From IMG/VR virus record IMGVR_UViG_3300023108_000018: DNA of 64,000 nucleotides. One strand, written 5' to 3'. The DNA is from an uncultured virus (IMG/VR IMGVR_UViG_3300023108_000018). Lineage: Duplodnaviria; Heunggongvirae; Uroviricota; Caudoviricetes. The translations under genes were made by a program, and so were the position numbers. This document shows, in pieces, positions 46,901 through 56,618 of this stretch. Under the pieces are notes generated by a model that was not told the origin of the DNA, did not search any database, and saw only the letters and a program-made list of their open reading frames with translations. Within the stretch, counting starts at the first letter, position 1. Every line of letters starts with the position of its first letter.

Positions 46901-48088
46901 AACATTTGCAGTTGTCAACATGTCTTCTTCTGAGACTATTGTTCTTGCCTTAGGAAATGGAACTGTTTCTGAACCTGTTTTTGCAACTTCAAAACCTTGT
47001 ACGTATGCTTTTCCAGGCGACATCTGCATGACAAATTTAGTTTCATCACCACCGACATCTTTTTTGAACATTCCATTATTTGTTTCATCATTTAAGTGTT
47101 CTTTTAATTCGTATTCAAAGTTCTTTAATACAAAATCTCCACTTGCATCATGTGTTCTTCTTGCCATTGATTTTTCAAGAACATTATATGTTGGGTCAGT
47201 AATTTGTACTGCAATGTTACCTTTTTCAACCCTTGCAAGTTCAACAAAGTTTGAGTCTTCTATACTATCAACTGGATATTTTTTAAGTGTTAAATCTAAT
47301 TGTAATCTATCTGCACCAGCAGCGTTCTGATTTGAAGCACCAGTTGCATTGTCTTGTAATGTAGCATCTTCTGCATTGGAAATTAACTTTTCTTCGATGT
47401 TTAAACCAATTTTATAAGTTGGTTGAACACTATATTTTTCCAATATGAGACTTTGTGCATCTACTTTAATGAAAAAACCTCTGAGATAGATTACACCTTC
47501 GTCTAAATCTATCGCAGAACCTTGTCCTGTAGGTTTACTGGTATCACCAGTAGTTAAGACTTTAAATTCGTTGTTGTTTGTTCCAACAATTGAGTAAACA
47601 CCAGCTGCGTTTACTGTAACTTCTTGTAATTCTTCTCCCTGTATAAATGTCATACGGTTATCAAGACCGTTTACAACATACTTGAGGAACAGAGTCATCT
47701 CATCTGTTTGATTGTTTACAGTTTCTTTAGGAGTAGATTTTTTAACCTTTGCGATAACACCTGAAGTTTTACCCTGAAGAAATTTACCATGGAAGGATGT
47801 TCTATAGGTTTCTACATCAGCGTCACCTGCTGTGTTTGGGTTTTCTGTACTTACTTTTACATAGTACAATTCGAGATCGATATCAGTTCTGATTCCATCA
47901 ACGATAGAACCATTTTTAAAAATATGATTACCAAATCTTTCAATTTGGTTTTGAAGAATTGATTGTGATTGCGTTAACTCTCTTGCTTGAAGAGGTCTAC
48001 CTGCCTTAAATAGTATTTTATGATATTTTTTACTATCATCATAATCATCGAAGTAAGGTGCAATATTTAAATCGGTTTTCTCTGGCAT
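40997..48088 (-). CDS. very large virion structural protein (VrlC/DUF4815-like)
   Basis: LNIAPYFDDYD, QARELTQSQSILQNQ, FKSGFLVDNF, DPVAQSF; 2363 aa. Confidence 0.85.
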   Translation of the reverse strand: MPEKTDLNIAPYFDDYDDSKKYHKILFKAGRPLQARELTQSQSILQNQIERFGNHIFKNGSIVDGIRTDIDLELYYVKVSTENPNTAGDADVETYRTSFHGKFLQGKTSGVIAKVKKSTPKETVNNQTDEMTLFLKYVVNGLDNRMTFIQGEELQEVTVNAAGVYSIVGTNNNEFKVLTTGDTSKPTGQGSAIDLDEGVIYLRGFFIKVDAQSLILEKYSVQPTYKIGLNIEEKLISNAEDATLQDNATGASNQNAAGADRLQLDLTLKKYPVDSIEDSNFVELARVEKGNIAVQITDPTYNVLEKSMARRTHDASGDFVLKNFEYELKEHLNDETNNGMFKKDVGGDETKFVMQMSPGKAYVQGFEVAKTGSETVPFPKARTIVSEEDMLTTANVGNIIRVTNCHGLPEITKGINATNIEAHKLCKLWNMGSDHMTSDSHASDGPIANNREPLTTDQNSPEQIGYARLRDITHHTGSSTAGEYNEDTTEFNLSAFDIKMFTKISYSAHTGTAQTGDHVTGSATGATGIIAYDDPNRSCLYIHDVIGSFSGNDAISCIGKGDFAITDSQNDGVVNFNYEQAGLITQEPTAGGSTQYFFGDIKKDLEFSLRGQLTFTANSATVTGIETLFASQLRVGDVIRRLGTGELVTVSAITSDTSMTVRNTGGAISGSNTQTSFTGESCTRLRSQIHRPQQAVSIFAYERDFISEHTCDLIHIKKQTVQTIGSGEVTIAQQDGAFEDQNTDNFSIAVVDISGASNPTFSKGDLLDIESYKDANPATNGSGQSITLGDFGSANDGVVLRITYSVLVTTPQRKSKTLHKGRVLKITGKRSAGYSGVYTSAMDDQEITLGVADVFKIRGIYDGVDSAPITPSATLQEDLATFPALQLHEEIKGQTSDARAIIIDYNAGATTYFYYLTKKRFVEGEIAVGQNNKSQVTIDSLSAGSKEITESFLFDDGQKDGYYGISKLIRKQGRAAPIGEVLVVFDYFSHGAGEFFDVNSYSVPYKDIPIYAANRVDLGGNEPDGTFELSDCLDYRPVAGQLYDKDLTQTVDLTNISSISSIIEYAHFSYEDGVSFKSSRDKKETNTGFNYSTNPAIMPTPKDASAIQGDLKFYVPRIDKLFLHKSGQFQIASGIAGITPTRPPHVDGAIEIAELKIPAFTKDPKDIRVKTKDHRRFTMRDIGRISQRVTALETVTTLSLLESDTRSTQILDADGFDKFKSGFLVDNFRNQRASDVLNTDYNAAIDMKMGQLRPSHVSQDFPMEVEAGSLVHTQQTGDFLTLPYTERKASDTAFTSMFVTQASRSINVNPFLVTSFTGTCNLSPDMDTRPGTPSSITPTSQTVSNLSAIQAELRGLRRNGTGTLWNDWETTWTGTPVTTTEPMISTSGSWSGSAEQGGEWQPGIDLTREITETPEVQARNGMMFDYATDVSVDERNRVRNIQLERFMKQRTITVTCQGLKPNTYHYVYFDGIDVSTRMRSERWTYGSPSATYYYSPSHTSGTLGNTGAQLQTDANGRLKARFYLRANTFTSGTKELIVTSQKYNSPNPVSSATALYTSTGMVANIDRHTVTTRTSRITRVPTNDSRTITTRGETINATFNESDPGPNPFTELDDRIDDLQTQIDEIGAEDPEGPGDGPLISDGGDDPNWPPNLPPGFPPIDIGDFRFDAGMFPTGIWFDPVAQSFAAPESVGTNMVLTSIDLYFKTKDVNKEITVELRGMENGYPTQTPIPLSVVTKTPDEINVSEDASAVTKFTFENPIIIKSQMEYCFVVYTSSDQYEIWYAHAGDKDIANGLEVAVAASNMGSMFVSQNSSTWTARQEDDIKYCLNYAEFDIAQSSSFNLTNADIPWYNADETIDINSTDEDDVENHIPENPISTVADSSSITMQSFFHGHYNTSSNVQINGVIGDRNGGVYRISDATDSGTLPVDGTYNLIHGTLPYNTGTSSTLGSDNVSISAVKADTTPSDGNTTGTGVAFRITVSTSNGVSDITACKILQAGDNFAVGDVVTVTVGSSWSFTTTVEGIGQTLGGIPVRAINTSTDDSHTSIGADFTIDTFSFTPNLSATAVQSDVDANSDITTIGQALFPDYVSDYKATDTTVGGGRNVVTSKNIYYDGIHTQVQNILCANTGMFINAVGTPMNSPEGYIDGTVYQRRISGDNVTLNENAFFSRPSIIASRINEINEMSSGRSLQLKCMMFSRNQYISPFVDTQTLGGIAFANRINGLQKNSNDNSFSSSINISQESLGEDNAFCYVTKKINLKNPATGIRVMFDCMKNAGTDVKVLFKTVKVDDERKFDEIGYEFFNTDGSPDSQIGADGRNFKEYEYNVEDLPEFSSFIIKIVGQGYNTSKPPLISAFRAIATG

Positions 48089-48138
48089 ATCCTATCTCTT
48101 ATAAGTTATTTATTTGACCCCAAAATGAGGTCAAATGA

Positions 48139-49611
48139 TTACATTTCGACGATAAGTTTAATATCTTCGATCTGATCAGCGGCACGTGTTACTGCACCTC
48201 TGTTTTCAATATACATGATGTTTCCACTGTATCTTTCTACTTCAGGATGAACTGTACTGATACCACTGGAACCAATTGTTGCAACTTCAACTGCATCAAC
48301 ATATACAGAATCTGAGTTTACAAAACTCACATATTGTCCACCTGAGTTTGCAACAGGTATGTATTTGACAATTGCATTTGTTGAATCGACAGATACCACT
48401 CTACCAACTGCTACTGATGCACCATTTGTTTGTGCATTTTGAATTAAGTCATCAACACTGATATTTGCAACGTTTGATGCAACAAATTGATGATATGCAG
48501 TCAATGTATCACTTGTAGATACGGTAGTTGTTCCTAGATTGAATGGGTCTTGAATTAGACCAATTCTTCTGAAGTCGTTATCTGTTGGGAAGTCACCTGC
48601 ACCTTCGTTAAACTCTAATCTTGAGTTAACAATAATGTAGTTACCACCTAGTTCTTCTACAGGGTCTGCACCATGTCCAATTAACGGTGATATAATAACT
48701 TTTACAGCACCATTTGAACCTGCCCCAATACCTGATATACTTGCGATATCGACTGATGCACGTTTATAACCTGAACCTTCTGTTGATACTTCAACGTGTG
48801 AAATTGCACCACCCACTACGTGAACTGTACATACACCGTTTTGACCGTCACCTAAAATAGGGACTCCTGTATATCCTGAAGAAGGAGAGTCGTTATAACC
48901 TGTTCCACCAGCAGTTACCACAATGTGATGCACAGCACCATCAACTGCTTGGTTTTCAACATCCCATTGAGATGAACCATCATCGGTGGCAGCAGTACCG
49001 AGTCCAGTTTCACCATAAATTTCTGTTTGAGCACCAAGTGTCTTAACAGGGATGAAATCGTTTGTTACGAATTTAATTGTATCTGAAGCGGAGACTGAGT
49101 ACATATATTTCCAAATGTATCCTCTACCAGTTGCGGCACCTGTATCAGATGTCTCGACTAATGAAGTTGGACTTGTACCTGAAGGTTTAACAGTTGAAGC
49201 AACCACTGAACCACTAGAATCTCTACCAGTTCTAATACACTTGTATACGTGATACTCATCTGTAATTACATAGAATGTTGCATCATACAAGTTAGTAGCA
49301 CCTGATGCTACGCCTGGGTTTGATGAAGAGATATCATGTTGATACTCATCATAAGATGTATTCTCTGCCCAGTTTCTTCTAACTAAACCGTGTGATACAT
49401 CGGCTGTAGTTACTTTCTTGAGTGCAATCATATCTGAGAATGCATCTACTTCTTCTCCTACTGAGTTTGCAGGTGAAGGAGGTGAATTCTCATCCGTCCA
49501 GTCGAATGAACGACCAATAAAAACATACGTTGAAGAAGCTGCTTCTCCAAAGTCTTCTCTGAATTGTTTCGCATTGTGGACACGAAACTTTTCTGTTATA
49601 ATAGCTGCCAT
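48139..49611 (-). CDS. gp8: baseplate wedge subunit gp8
   Basis: MAAIITEKFR, YVFIGR, VYKCI, GYIWKYMY, YIENR...QIEDIKL. Confidence 0.9.
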   Translation of the reverse strand: MAAIITEKFRVHNAKQFREDFGEAASSTYVFIGRSFDWTDENSPPSPANSVGEEVDAFSDMIALKKVTTADVSHGLVRRNWAENTSYDEYQHDISSSNPGVASGATNLYDATFYVITDEYHVYKCIRTGRDSSGSVVASTVKPSGTSPTSLVETSDTGAATGRGYIWKYMYSVSASDTIKFVTNDFIPVKTLGAQTEIYGETGLGTAATDDGSSQWDVENQAVDGAVHHIVVTAGGTGYNDSPSSGYTGVPILGDGQNGVCTVHVVGGAISHVEVSTEGSGYKRASVDIASISGIGAGSNGAVKVIISPLIGHGADPVEELGGNYIIVNSRLEFNEGAGDFPTDNDFRRIGLIQDPFNLGTTTVSTSDTLTAYHQFVASNVANISVDDLIQNAQTNGASVAVGRVVSVDSTNAIVKYIPVANSGGQYVSFVNSDSVYVDAVEVATIGSSGISTVHPEVERYSGNIMYIENRGAVTRAADQIEDIKLIVEM

Positions 49612-49630
49612 TTTTAATAATCTCCTAAGA

Positions 49631-49649
49631 TATTTATATACTATTTATA
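49631..49649 (-). promoter_or_regulatory. two tandem T4-type late promoters
   Basis: TATAAATA at 49631-49638 and 49642-49649. Confidence 0.65.
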
Positions 49650-49652
49650 AAC

Positions 49653-52600
49653 CTACGCAGAATTTACATAGGCACTAAATGCAATATTTGTTCTTTTTCT
49701 TTCATGAAGTGGGTAATCAGGAATATGCATTGCAGGAAAGTAAGTTTCATAATCTGAAATTCTAATACCTTCTGATTTAGTTTCTTCAGACATGAATACA
49801 CCTGTTCCATCTTCTAATAAGAAGTCATCATTATCCGTCTCATCTTTGATGAAGTACGCAATACGATAACTTCTTTGACTCTGTATTTTATTTAGTGTTC
49901 GTAAAGTATGGCCTAAAGGTGTAAATGTACTAATGTTATTTTCTGAAGATAGTTCATGCACCATCGGTGATTCATCTTCCATAACAAGTCTATTCCAATC
50001 CTCAGTATATAAATTGTTATCAAATAAATCTATTGATCTTTCACTAACAAAATAATGAGTTTCCATCTCTACTGTTGCACTTTCTAAAATTGCAACATCG
50101 TCATTTTCTAATCTAATACGATCACCATGTGTTCCTTTTACATTTGCATCTTTATCAGGTTCAAATCGTATATGGTGTACGTGTTCTTCTAATAAAATTT
50201 TATGACCATCTTCTAATACAAGTATTTCATCTTCTTTAGTATATGATGAGAATATCTTTCCTTGGTCTGATGGTCTTCTTTCAGGTGTAGACCCAAACTG
50301 ATTTATTGGTGTTTGCATCTCTCCATGGTTGTCATCTGAACGACATAGGTTCAAGACTGACATCATGTCATCCAGTCTAGGTGAATACTGAACTGGAGTA
50401 TGTGCGAGTGATGCTATAACATTAACGTTAAAGTGTCTGTTCTTACTTTCTGTGTCATAGTATTCTGCACGTTCACCTAAGTCAATACCAGCAGGGTTAG
50501 TAATATGGTCGACACCAAGTACCGTTCCAGTTGTATTAACTCCATTTGTTACAACTGCTGATGTTGTTGTTAATGGATATGACACTGAAGTGTCTACTGT
50601 TGGTGTGTTGTTCTCTAATCCAGCAGGCATTAACACCAATAATGGGTCAGGTGTAGTGTCTTCCATTCGGAAGTAGTTTGATTGACCTGAAATAAATCCT
50701 GTTGTCTTATCTTCCAATACAGGTTTATACCCATCTTCAAATATAATATCTCCGTGTGGGAAAAAGTCATGTAACTCAATTTCTCTACTTGAGTTATAGA
50801 ATGCTTGTGATATTCTAGTAGAGTCAAGTTCTTGAATCATTCCTCCACCACTAATATAACCATCCATCTGATCGTAGAAACCATCTAAGAGAATTCTACC
50901 TAAAGATTGTCCAAATGTTTGAGAGTTGATATCCTGATCGTCCTCTAGAACAATATTAAATTCTTCAGTATCACCGTGGATGATAATTGTAGGTCTAAAA
51001 GTAGTTTGAAGATCAAGTGAATTATCAATTGGGTCACCAGTTACTGGGTCTCTATCGACTGGTATGTTTACATTAGTAAGTGTAGTATCTTCACCGAACT
51101 GAGAGTTAGTGTCAGCAGAGACCACAACCTTTTTAATTGCAACTTCACCAAAGAAGATATGTCCAGCAGGATGTAATAAATCTTTTACTGCGGCTCTCCA
51201 CTTGTTGATTGATTCTCCAATCTTAACAACATAGGAGTGTGATTGATAATAAAGGTTATCGTGTATATTAGATGCAGTTACAGATAACTGTCCTCTGTCA
51301 CCTAGTGTACCTTCTTCAATAATACCTTCACCACCAACTAAACCTCTTCCGTCAAAACGGAAGTTCTTGATAACTTCAAAGGAATCTGTAAGATTAAAGT
51401 TAACCTCTTCTCCATCTAAGAAGTCACCATCTAAATCTGTATATGTTAATATGTGTCTGTCACTATCATAACTAACAACTGATGCAGTTGTACCTGATGC
51501 TTCACCAGTTATTACAATTCCAGTAGTTAGACTTGTTGAAGGTGTTTTAATTAACATAGGATGGTGAGATGATGATGCAACTAAACCATCTTCACTAAAG
51601 TTATAACCTTGTGATTCTATATTAATCGAACCAACACCACCGATAGTACTTGACCATGCAAATAGTTTTGCACCTGTACCACTTGATACGTTTACTTGTT
51701 TTGCAGTTTGTTGATTTAAAGATACTGCACCTTTTATGATTTTACTTGCAACGAAAGTTCCTGTGTCTGTTGATCTTCTTGCAACTATTAATCTGTTTCT
51801 ATCTTTTTCAATTTTTAAAAGTAGACCAGTTGCACTAACTGTAACACCGTCACCTTCTATTTGTTGAAGTTCTTCTCCTAGTTGATACCCACTTAAATCA
51901 TCAACAAAAATATATCCACCAGTGTAAACTTTCGGTACTGTTCTATACCCATGTCCACCGTTATGAATATTAATTGTTCTAATTCTTGAATCGGTTGTTT
52001 CTAAATTGATGCGAGTTCCGTCTTCGTATGTTAGATTATTGAATTCTTGATAGATATCAACTGTTTCTCCTCCTACTAGAGGTGTGTTTAAAACAATCCT
52101 ATCATTTTTTCTTGTATAACCTAATACTGCATCACTTCTTGCATATTCGATTCCATCAACAAAGACTCTAACCTTCTCATCATTAAAGATGAGATTGAAA
52201 CCATGATTGTCTTTACCAGTAAATAATGTTTGACCTGCAGTTGCTGTGAACTCAAATTGACCATATACATCTTTATTTTCTAAAATTATTTCATCACCAA
52301 CTGAACCAATAATTGCACTTGCACTTCCAGCTCCTTGTTGACCTGCATCATCAAACACCAATTGTTGTGGTAGACCAATTTGTAAAATGTCTCCACTACT
52401 TAAACTTAATTTTTCATTGACTCTCATAGATGTTCTATCATCTGAGATTTCAACTACTTGTACTCTTGGAAGATATGTACCAAAAACTTCTTGACCAACT
52501 CTGATTGAAGTGTCTAATGGTTGAGAGAAAATAAGTAAATCAGAACTTGTTGATTGTTCAGAAACTACTTTGTTTCCATCTTCATAGACGAGGTCTTGTA

Positions 52601-54182
52601 AATCTTCTGTTAACAGTTGATCAACTGTACCATCACAAACTGCAGTGAATGTGTTATGGAATCCAGTACCTGCATCTTCAATGTAAATGTGTTCGATTCC
52701 ACCACCGACTAGTGCATCTACAATACCTGTTGCTTTGACTGCATCTTTATCTCTATTTGAACCAACAAAATCTATTCTATCATTAAGTTTATAGAGTGAA
52801 CCTCTTTGATCAAGTTCGTATACAATACCTGAACTTGCATTTCTAATAATAGTGTCATTAGGAACGTCAGTTTCCAAACCTGTACCAAAAGGTTGATTTA
52901 TTTGTTCAATAGTAAGTATACTTAAATCTTTAATATCAATAATACGATATTGTGTAGTGTGATTATCAAACTCAACAATATCACCTTCACTAAATTTACC
53001 CACATAACTACCACCATTATCCTCTGAGATAATGTTAATGTTTATTTCTTGTTTACCTTGTAGTTGTTCTTGGGTAGTTTTAGATAGAATTGTTGTTTCT
53101 AACACTACAGTGTCTTCGTCATCCGTTTTCATATACGTACTTGACTGTCCGTATTTTACGTCACTAACGACACCTAAGATTCTTGCGAACTCACTTGTAA
53201 CACCATCTCTATCTAAAAGTGTTACAGTTCCATTGTTTGTAAAGGTACCTATGTGATTGTCTGTTATCTCTAATGAGTAAATACCTTTATCTGATTCTAA
53301 TACATATACGTTTTCAACTATAGACTCTGCAACTTTAACTGTAGACCCAGGCTCATATTGTACAATCTTGTCTGTTGCGACAGGTAATGCACTTTCATTT
53401 TCCATCCTGATGACCATACGTCTTCTCTGACTAAAGTCAGATGTTGACAGATGAAGTGTCTCATCTACAGGATAACGTATTTCAGCGTCCTCTGCAAAGA
53501 GGATACGCATTAAAAACTTGAGTGACTCTTCTGTTCCTTTCTTCTTGTATAAAGAAGTCATATTCTTTATTGCAAGACGTTTACTCTTAATGTTATTAAT
53601 GTTTAATGAAGGAACAAAGTCTTTCGTAAAATACTCTAAGAATTGTTCAGTTGTATGATCAATATCTGAATAATCTAAGAGTCTGTTTTGTGCGAGTATG
53701 GTATTTTCTTTATATGTTTTTACAACACCAGTACGATTACCATCTCGTCCTTGTATAGTTTCGCCTGGCGCAAATCCATTTCCTGATATTGCATTTAGAT
53801 ATAACGTAAGTCCGTTGATAACTGTTACCTGTGCAACGGAACCACTGGTTTGACCAATGATATATTCTCCAACTTGAAACGGTTCAACCCCAACTAGTAC
53901 ACTATTAATACTTTTGGTTTTTTCTTGAACAATTTTAGATGTTGCAGAATCAGGAGATGGTGCAGTGGTAAAGGGTTCCAAAAGAATGGAACCCTGACCA
54001 TCTTCTAAAAGAATGTCCCCTATCTCTTCTTCAGATTCGAGGACAATTATTTCGGATTCTAGATACTCAAAATATGCTTTTAAAAACTGTTCGAATGCAG
54101 GAGATTCCTCCTGAATAAAATTCGGTATCAGTTGCGATAATCTATGAGATAGTTTATCTATTACAAAGTTATCGTGAGACAT
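49653..54182 (-). CDS. gp7: baseplate wedge initiator gp7-like
   Basis: FLKAYFEYLE, YKKKGTEESLKFLMRILF, YYQSHSYVVK, LLHPAG; lies between gp6 and gp8. Confidence 0.8.
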   Translation of the reverse strand: MSHDNFVIDKLSHRLSQLIPNFIQEESPAFEQFLKAYFEYLESEIIVLESEEEIGDILLEDGQGSILLEPFTTAPSPDSATSKIVQEKTKSINSVLVGVEPFQVGEYIIGQTSGSVAQVTVINGLTLYLNAISGNGFAPGETIQGRDGNRTGVVKTYKENTILAQNRLLDYSDIDHTTEQFLEYFTKDFVPSLNINNIKSKRLAIKNMTSLYKKKGTEESLKFLMRILFAEDAEIRYPVDETLHLSTSDFSQRRRMVIRMENESALPVATDKIVQYEPGSTVKVAESIVENVYVLESDKGIYSLEITDNHIGTFTNNGTVTLLDRDGVTSEFARILGVVSDVKYGQSSTYMKTDDEDTVVLETTILSKTTQEQLQGKQEININIISEDNGGSYVGKFSEGDIVEFDNHTTQYRIIDIKDLSILTIEQINQPFGTGLETDVPNDTIIRNASSGIVYELDQRGSLYKLNDRIDFVGSNRDKDAVKATGIVDALVGGGIEHIYIEDAGTGFHNTFTAVCDGTVDQLLTEDLQDLVYEDGNKVVSEQSTSSDLLIFSQPLDTSIRVGQEVFGTYLPRVQVVEISDDRTSMRVNEKLSLSSGDILQIGLPQQLVFDDAGQQGAGSASAIIGSVGDEIILENKDVYGQFEFTATAGQTLFTGKDNHGFNLIFNDEKVRVFVDGIEYARSDAVLGYTRKNDRIVLNTPLVGGETVDIYQEFNNLTYEDGTRINLETTDSRIRTINIHNGGHGYRTVPKVYTGGYIFVDDLSGYQLGEELQQIEGDGVTVSATGLLLKIEKDRNRLIVARRSTDTGTFVASKIIKGAVSLNQQTAKQVNVSSGTGAKLFAWSSTIGGVGSINIESQGYNFSEDGLVASSSHHPMLIKTPSTSLTTGIVITGEASGTTASVVSYDSDRHILTYTDLDGDFLDGEEVNFNLTDSFEVIKNFRFDGRGLVGGEGIIEEGTLGDRGQLSVTASNIHDNLYYQSHSYVVKIGESINKWRAAVKDLLHPAGHIFFGEVAIKKVVVSADTNSQFGEDTTLTNVNIPVDRDPVTGDPIDNSLDLQTTFRPTIIIHGDTEEFNIVLEDDQDINSQTFGQSLGRILLDGFYDQMDGYISGGGMIQELDSTRISQAFYNSSREIELHDFFPHGDIIFEDGYKPVLEDKTTGFISGQSNYFRMEDTTPDPLLVLMPAGLENNTPTVDTSVSYPLTTTSAVVTNGVNTTGTVLGVDHITNPAGIDLGERAEYYDTESKNRHFNVNVIASLAHTPVQYSPRLDDMMSVLNLCRSDDNHGEMQTPINQFGSTPERRPSDQGKIFSSYTKEDEILVLEDGHKILLEEHVHHIRFEPDKDANVKGTHGDRIRLENDDVAILESATVEMETHYFVSERSIDLFDNNLYTEDWNRLVMEDESPMVHELSSENNISTFTPLGHTLRTLNKIQSQRSYRIAYFIKDETDNDDFLLEDGTGVFMSEETKSEGIRISDYETYFPAMHIPDYPLHERKRTNIAFSAYVNSA

Positions 54183-54199
54183 CTAGATTAAGTTCCTAT

Positions 54200-54676
54200 T
54201 TAAGCAACAACAATAGTTGCATTGTTGTTAGCAACTGGTAACCATACAGAACCGTTCCAAATTAAAACACATCCATCTCCAGCATCTTCTAGTTGAATCT
54301 GAGGCGCAGATGCACCTGAAGCGAACCATGAAGATACAGTAATGTCTGCATCATAAGAAGCATGCATTCCTGAACATGCGATGATTTTAATTTGACCAAC
54401 ATCAGTACCATTGTCTAATGTGAATGCAACGTCTGCTGAGAAGTTAGTACCATCGATGATGGTAATTGCAGTTGCAGCTAAATCTGTTGCAGCTGCTGTC
54501 TCAGTTGAGATGTCATTCAATGCAAGGTGAGTTGGAACGTTTTCAAAAAGTTGACCGATAGTCATCTTTTTGTTTACTGGGGTACCACTTGGGTTATCTA
54601 CGATATGCAACAAGTCATCTGACCCAATATCTGAATCTGCGACTGATGATAACGCACTAATTTTTTTATCTGCCAT
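54200..54676 (-). CDS. virion structural / fibre-like protein
   Basis: MADKKISAL N-terminus; strong AGGAGG RBS. Confidence 0.7.
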   Translation of the reverse strand: MADKKISALSSVADSDIGSDDLLHIVDNPSGTPVNKKMTIGQLFENVPTHLALNDISTETAAATDLAATAITIIDGTNFSADVAFTLDNGTDVGQIKIIACSGMHASYDADITVSSWFASGASAPQIQLEDAGDGCVLIWNGSVWLPVANNNATIVVA

Positions 54677-54746
54677 TCTATTTTCCTCCTATAATCCAAT
54701 TGAATGGGAAACTACTCAGGGGACTCCTGACCACTTTCTTCATAAG

Positions 54747-56618
54747 TTAATATGATGTACTAGATGTAGTTGTAAACCCTACACCAGCACTCGTTTCACC
54801 ACTTGCGATGGTGTCTACTTCACCTTTGACTTTAACATTTTCTATATCAATGTCAATCAAACTACCCCTTGTTGCGACAACATCGTCACCGTCAGGGATA
54901 ATAGTGAAGTCAATCGAGCTATCAACGTTCTTCGTGGAAGTAAACGTGATGGCGTTGATTGTAATAATTCCTTTAGTATAATCGATAGTACCTGCTTCTT
55001 TGTCTGCAAAGATTCTATTAGAACCTTGTAAGTAATATCTTCTTAATACTCCGTTTCCGTCATCGTCAAAATATTGATCATTGACGGAATCTCCTTGTAC
55101 TTTAAAACTTGTAGTAACTAATATACCACCTGAGGATGCATTATGTCCTGAGTGTGGATGATAAAATGCGTTTCCAAACTTAACATCGTATCCTTGTTTT
55201 TTATTAGCTTCTACAACTCTTGCTTTACGTAATCTGATATTTGTAGTGTTTGATAATATAGCACTGTTTGCATCATCAACAGCCCTTGTTAGTTTTGAAT
55301 GTCTAAACACTGCATCAAAGTTGTTTAGGTTTACATTATCATAGTTTGTAATTGCGTTTAACACTACGGTCTCTAATTCACCACTTGTAAGATCAGTTTG
55401 TTTCTCATCATACTTGAATGTGGTAGAGATTAAAATTTTAGTTATGTCAGGAGATATAATAATAGGTCTTACCGTTAATATGTTCAGTGCCTTTAATTTG
55501 TTCTCCACTTGTCTCTTTTCTGTGTCTGATAAGTAGTCTGCGTTTTTAGGTTTGATTGCAAGAAACACTTTACCATATTCAGGTGGGTCATTATCTTCAC
55601 CACCCCACACTGCGATTGCATCTGCATTCGGATAGTATTCAGACACTTTACCTTTATAGTCATTAAGTGTCACAAGTCTGTTTTGTGATGTGTAAAATTT
55701 GTTTGCCTTAAATTTAATTGAGTCAATAGATTCTTTCTCTGCACCACCTGTTGATGCAACTTTAGTTGATATGACTGCATCAACAAATCCGTTAATACTT
55801 TCTCTTAAATTAAATATGTTTGCACCATCAGCGTGTAATGCATCAACTATAATATAAGTTGCAGTGATAATGTCACCGTCCTTTAGTTGTTTACCTAATA
55901 CCCCATCACCAAAATAAATTTCCGTATATCCTTCGTCGTTTTCTTGTGCATAATAAACTCTAGATTCAGTTGATACGTTTGATATATCAGTTGATAATGT
56001 GTATGTTTCTAATTGACCATCTGAGTCAACTGTAACTTTAAGGTGTGATTTATCTATTCTCAAATTTGAGAGTACATACTTACCATTCTTGATCTGAGAG
56101 TCATACACGTATTTGTCTGTCATGTACGAACCTTGAACAAGTTGTACGTCTGCATATTGATATGTATTACCATTTGCAACAGGTCTTACTGGATTTGAAA
56201 CAACATACTCATAGTTTTTACCATCGTATGCAGTTGAAAATCTAGTTCCTCTAGGGATTGTCATTTCAGTAGTTGTAGGATATGTCTGATCAGCATTACG
56301 AACATTTCTTAGATTCATATCTACAATTGCAGAAGATGCCTTTTCTGATGCAGGAGTGAATCCTAAATCTTTTGCACGTGCAACAACGTTCTTTCTTAGT
56401 TGTGCAGAATCTAAAAACAATTCAGAAGCTGCAAGGTTAGTGTTAATTGCACCAATATGTGCAGTGTATGCCATTAGATCAATGAGAATCGACATTGTTG
56501 AACCATCGAAGTCATAATCTTTAAATTTTTGTTGTCCCTTTAGATATGATTTAAGATTCTTTGCGATATCTTCAAAATCTAAATCTGAAACTGATATTTT
56601 TGAACTGTCTACTGCCAT
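54747..56618 (-). CDS. gp6: baseplate wedge subunit gp6
   Basis: DLDFEDI, DYDFDGS, ELFLDSA, QNRLVTLNDY, WGGEDNDPPEYGKVF. Confidence 0.95.
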   Translation of the reverse strand: MAVDSSKISVSDLDFEDIAKNLKSYLKGQQKFKDYDFDGSTMSILIDLMAYTAHIGAINTNLAASELFLDSAQLRKNVVARAKDLGFTPASEKASSAIVDMNLRNVRNADQTYPTTTEMTIPRGTRFSTAYDGKNYEYVVSNPVRPVANGNTYQYADVQLVQGSYMTDKYVYDSQIKNGKYVLSNLRIDKSHLKVTVDSDGQLETYTLSTDISNVSTESRVYYAQENDEGYTEIYFGDGVLGKQLKDGDIITATYIIVDALHADGANIFNLRESINGFVDAVISTKVASTGGAEKESIDSIKFKANKFYTSQNRLVTLNDYKGKVSEYYPNADAIAVWGGEDNDPPEYGKVFLAIKPKNADYLSDTEKRQVENKLKALNILTVRPIIISPDITKILISTTFKYDEKQTDLTSGELETVVLNAITNYDNVNLNNFDAVFRHSKLTRAVDDANSAILSNTTNIRLRKARVVEANKKQGYDVKFGNAFYHPHSGHNASSGGILVTTSFKVQGDSVNDQYFDDDGNGVLRRYYLQGSNRIFADKEAGTIDYTKGIITINAITFTSTKNVDSSIDFTIIPDGDDVVATRGSLIDIDIENVKVKGEVDTIASGETSAGVGFTTTSSTSY

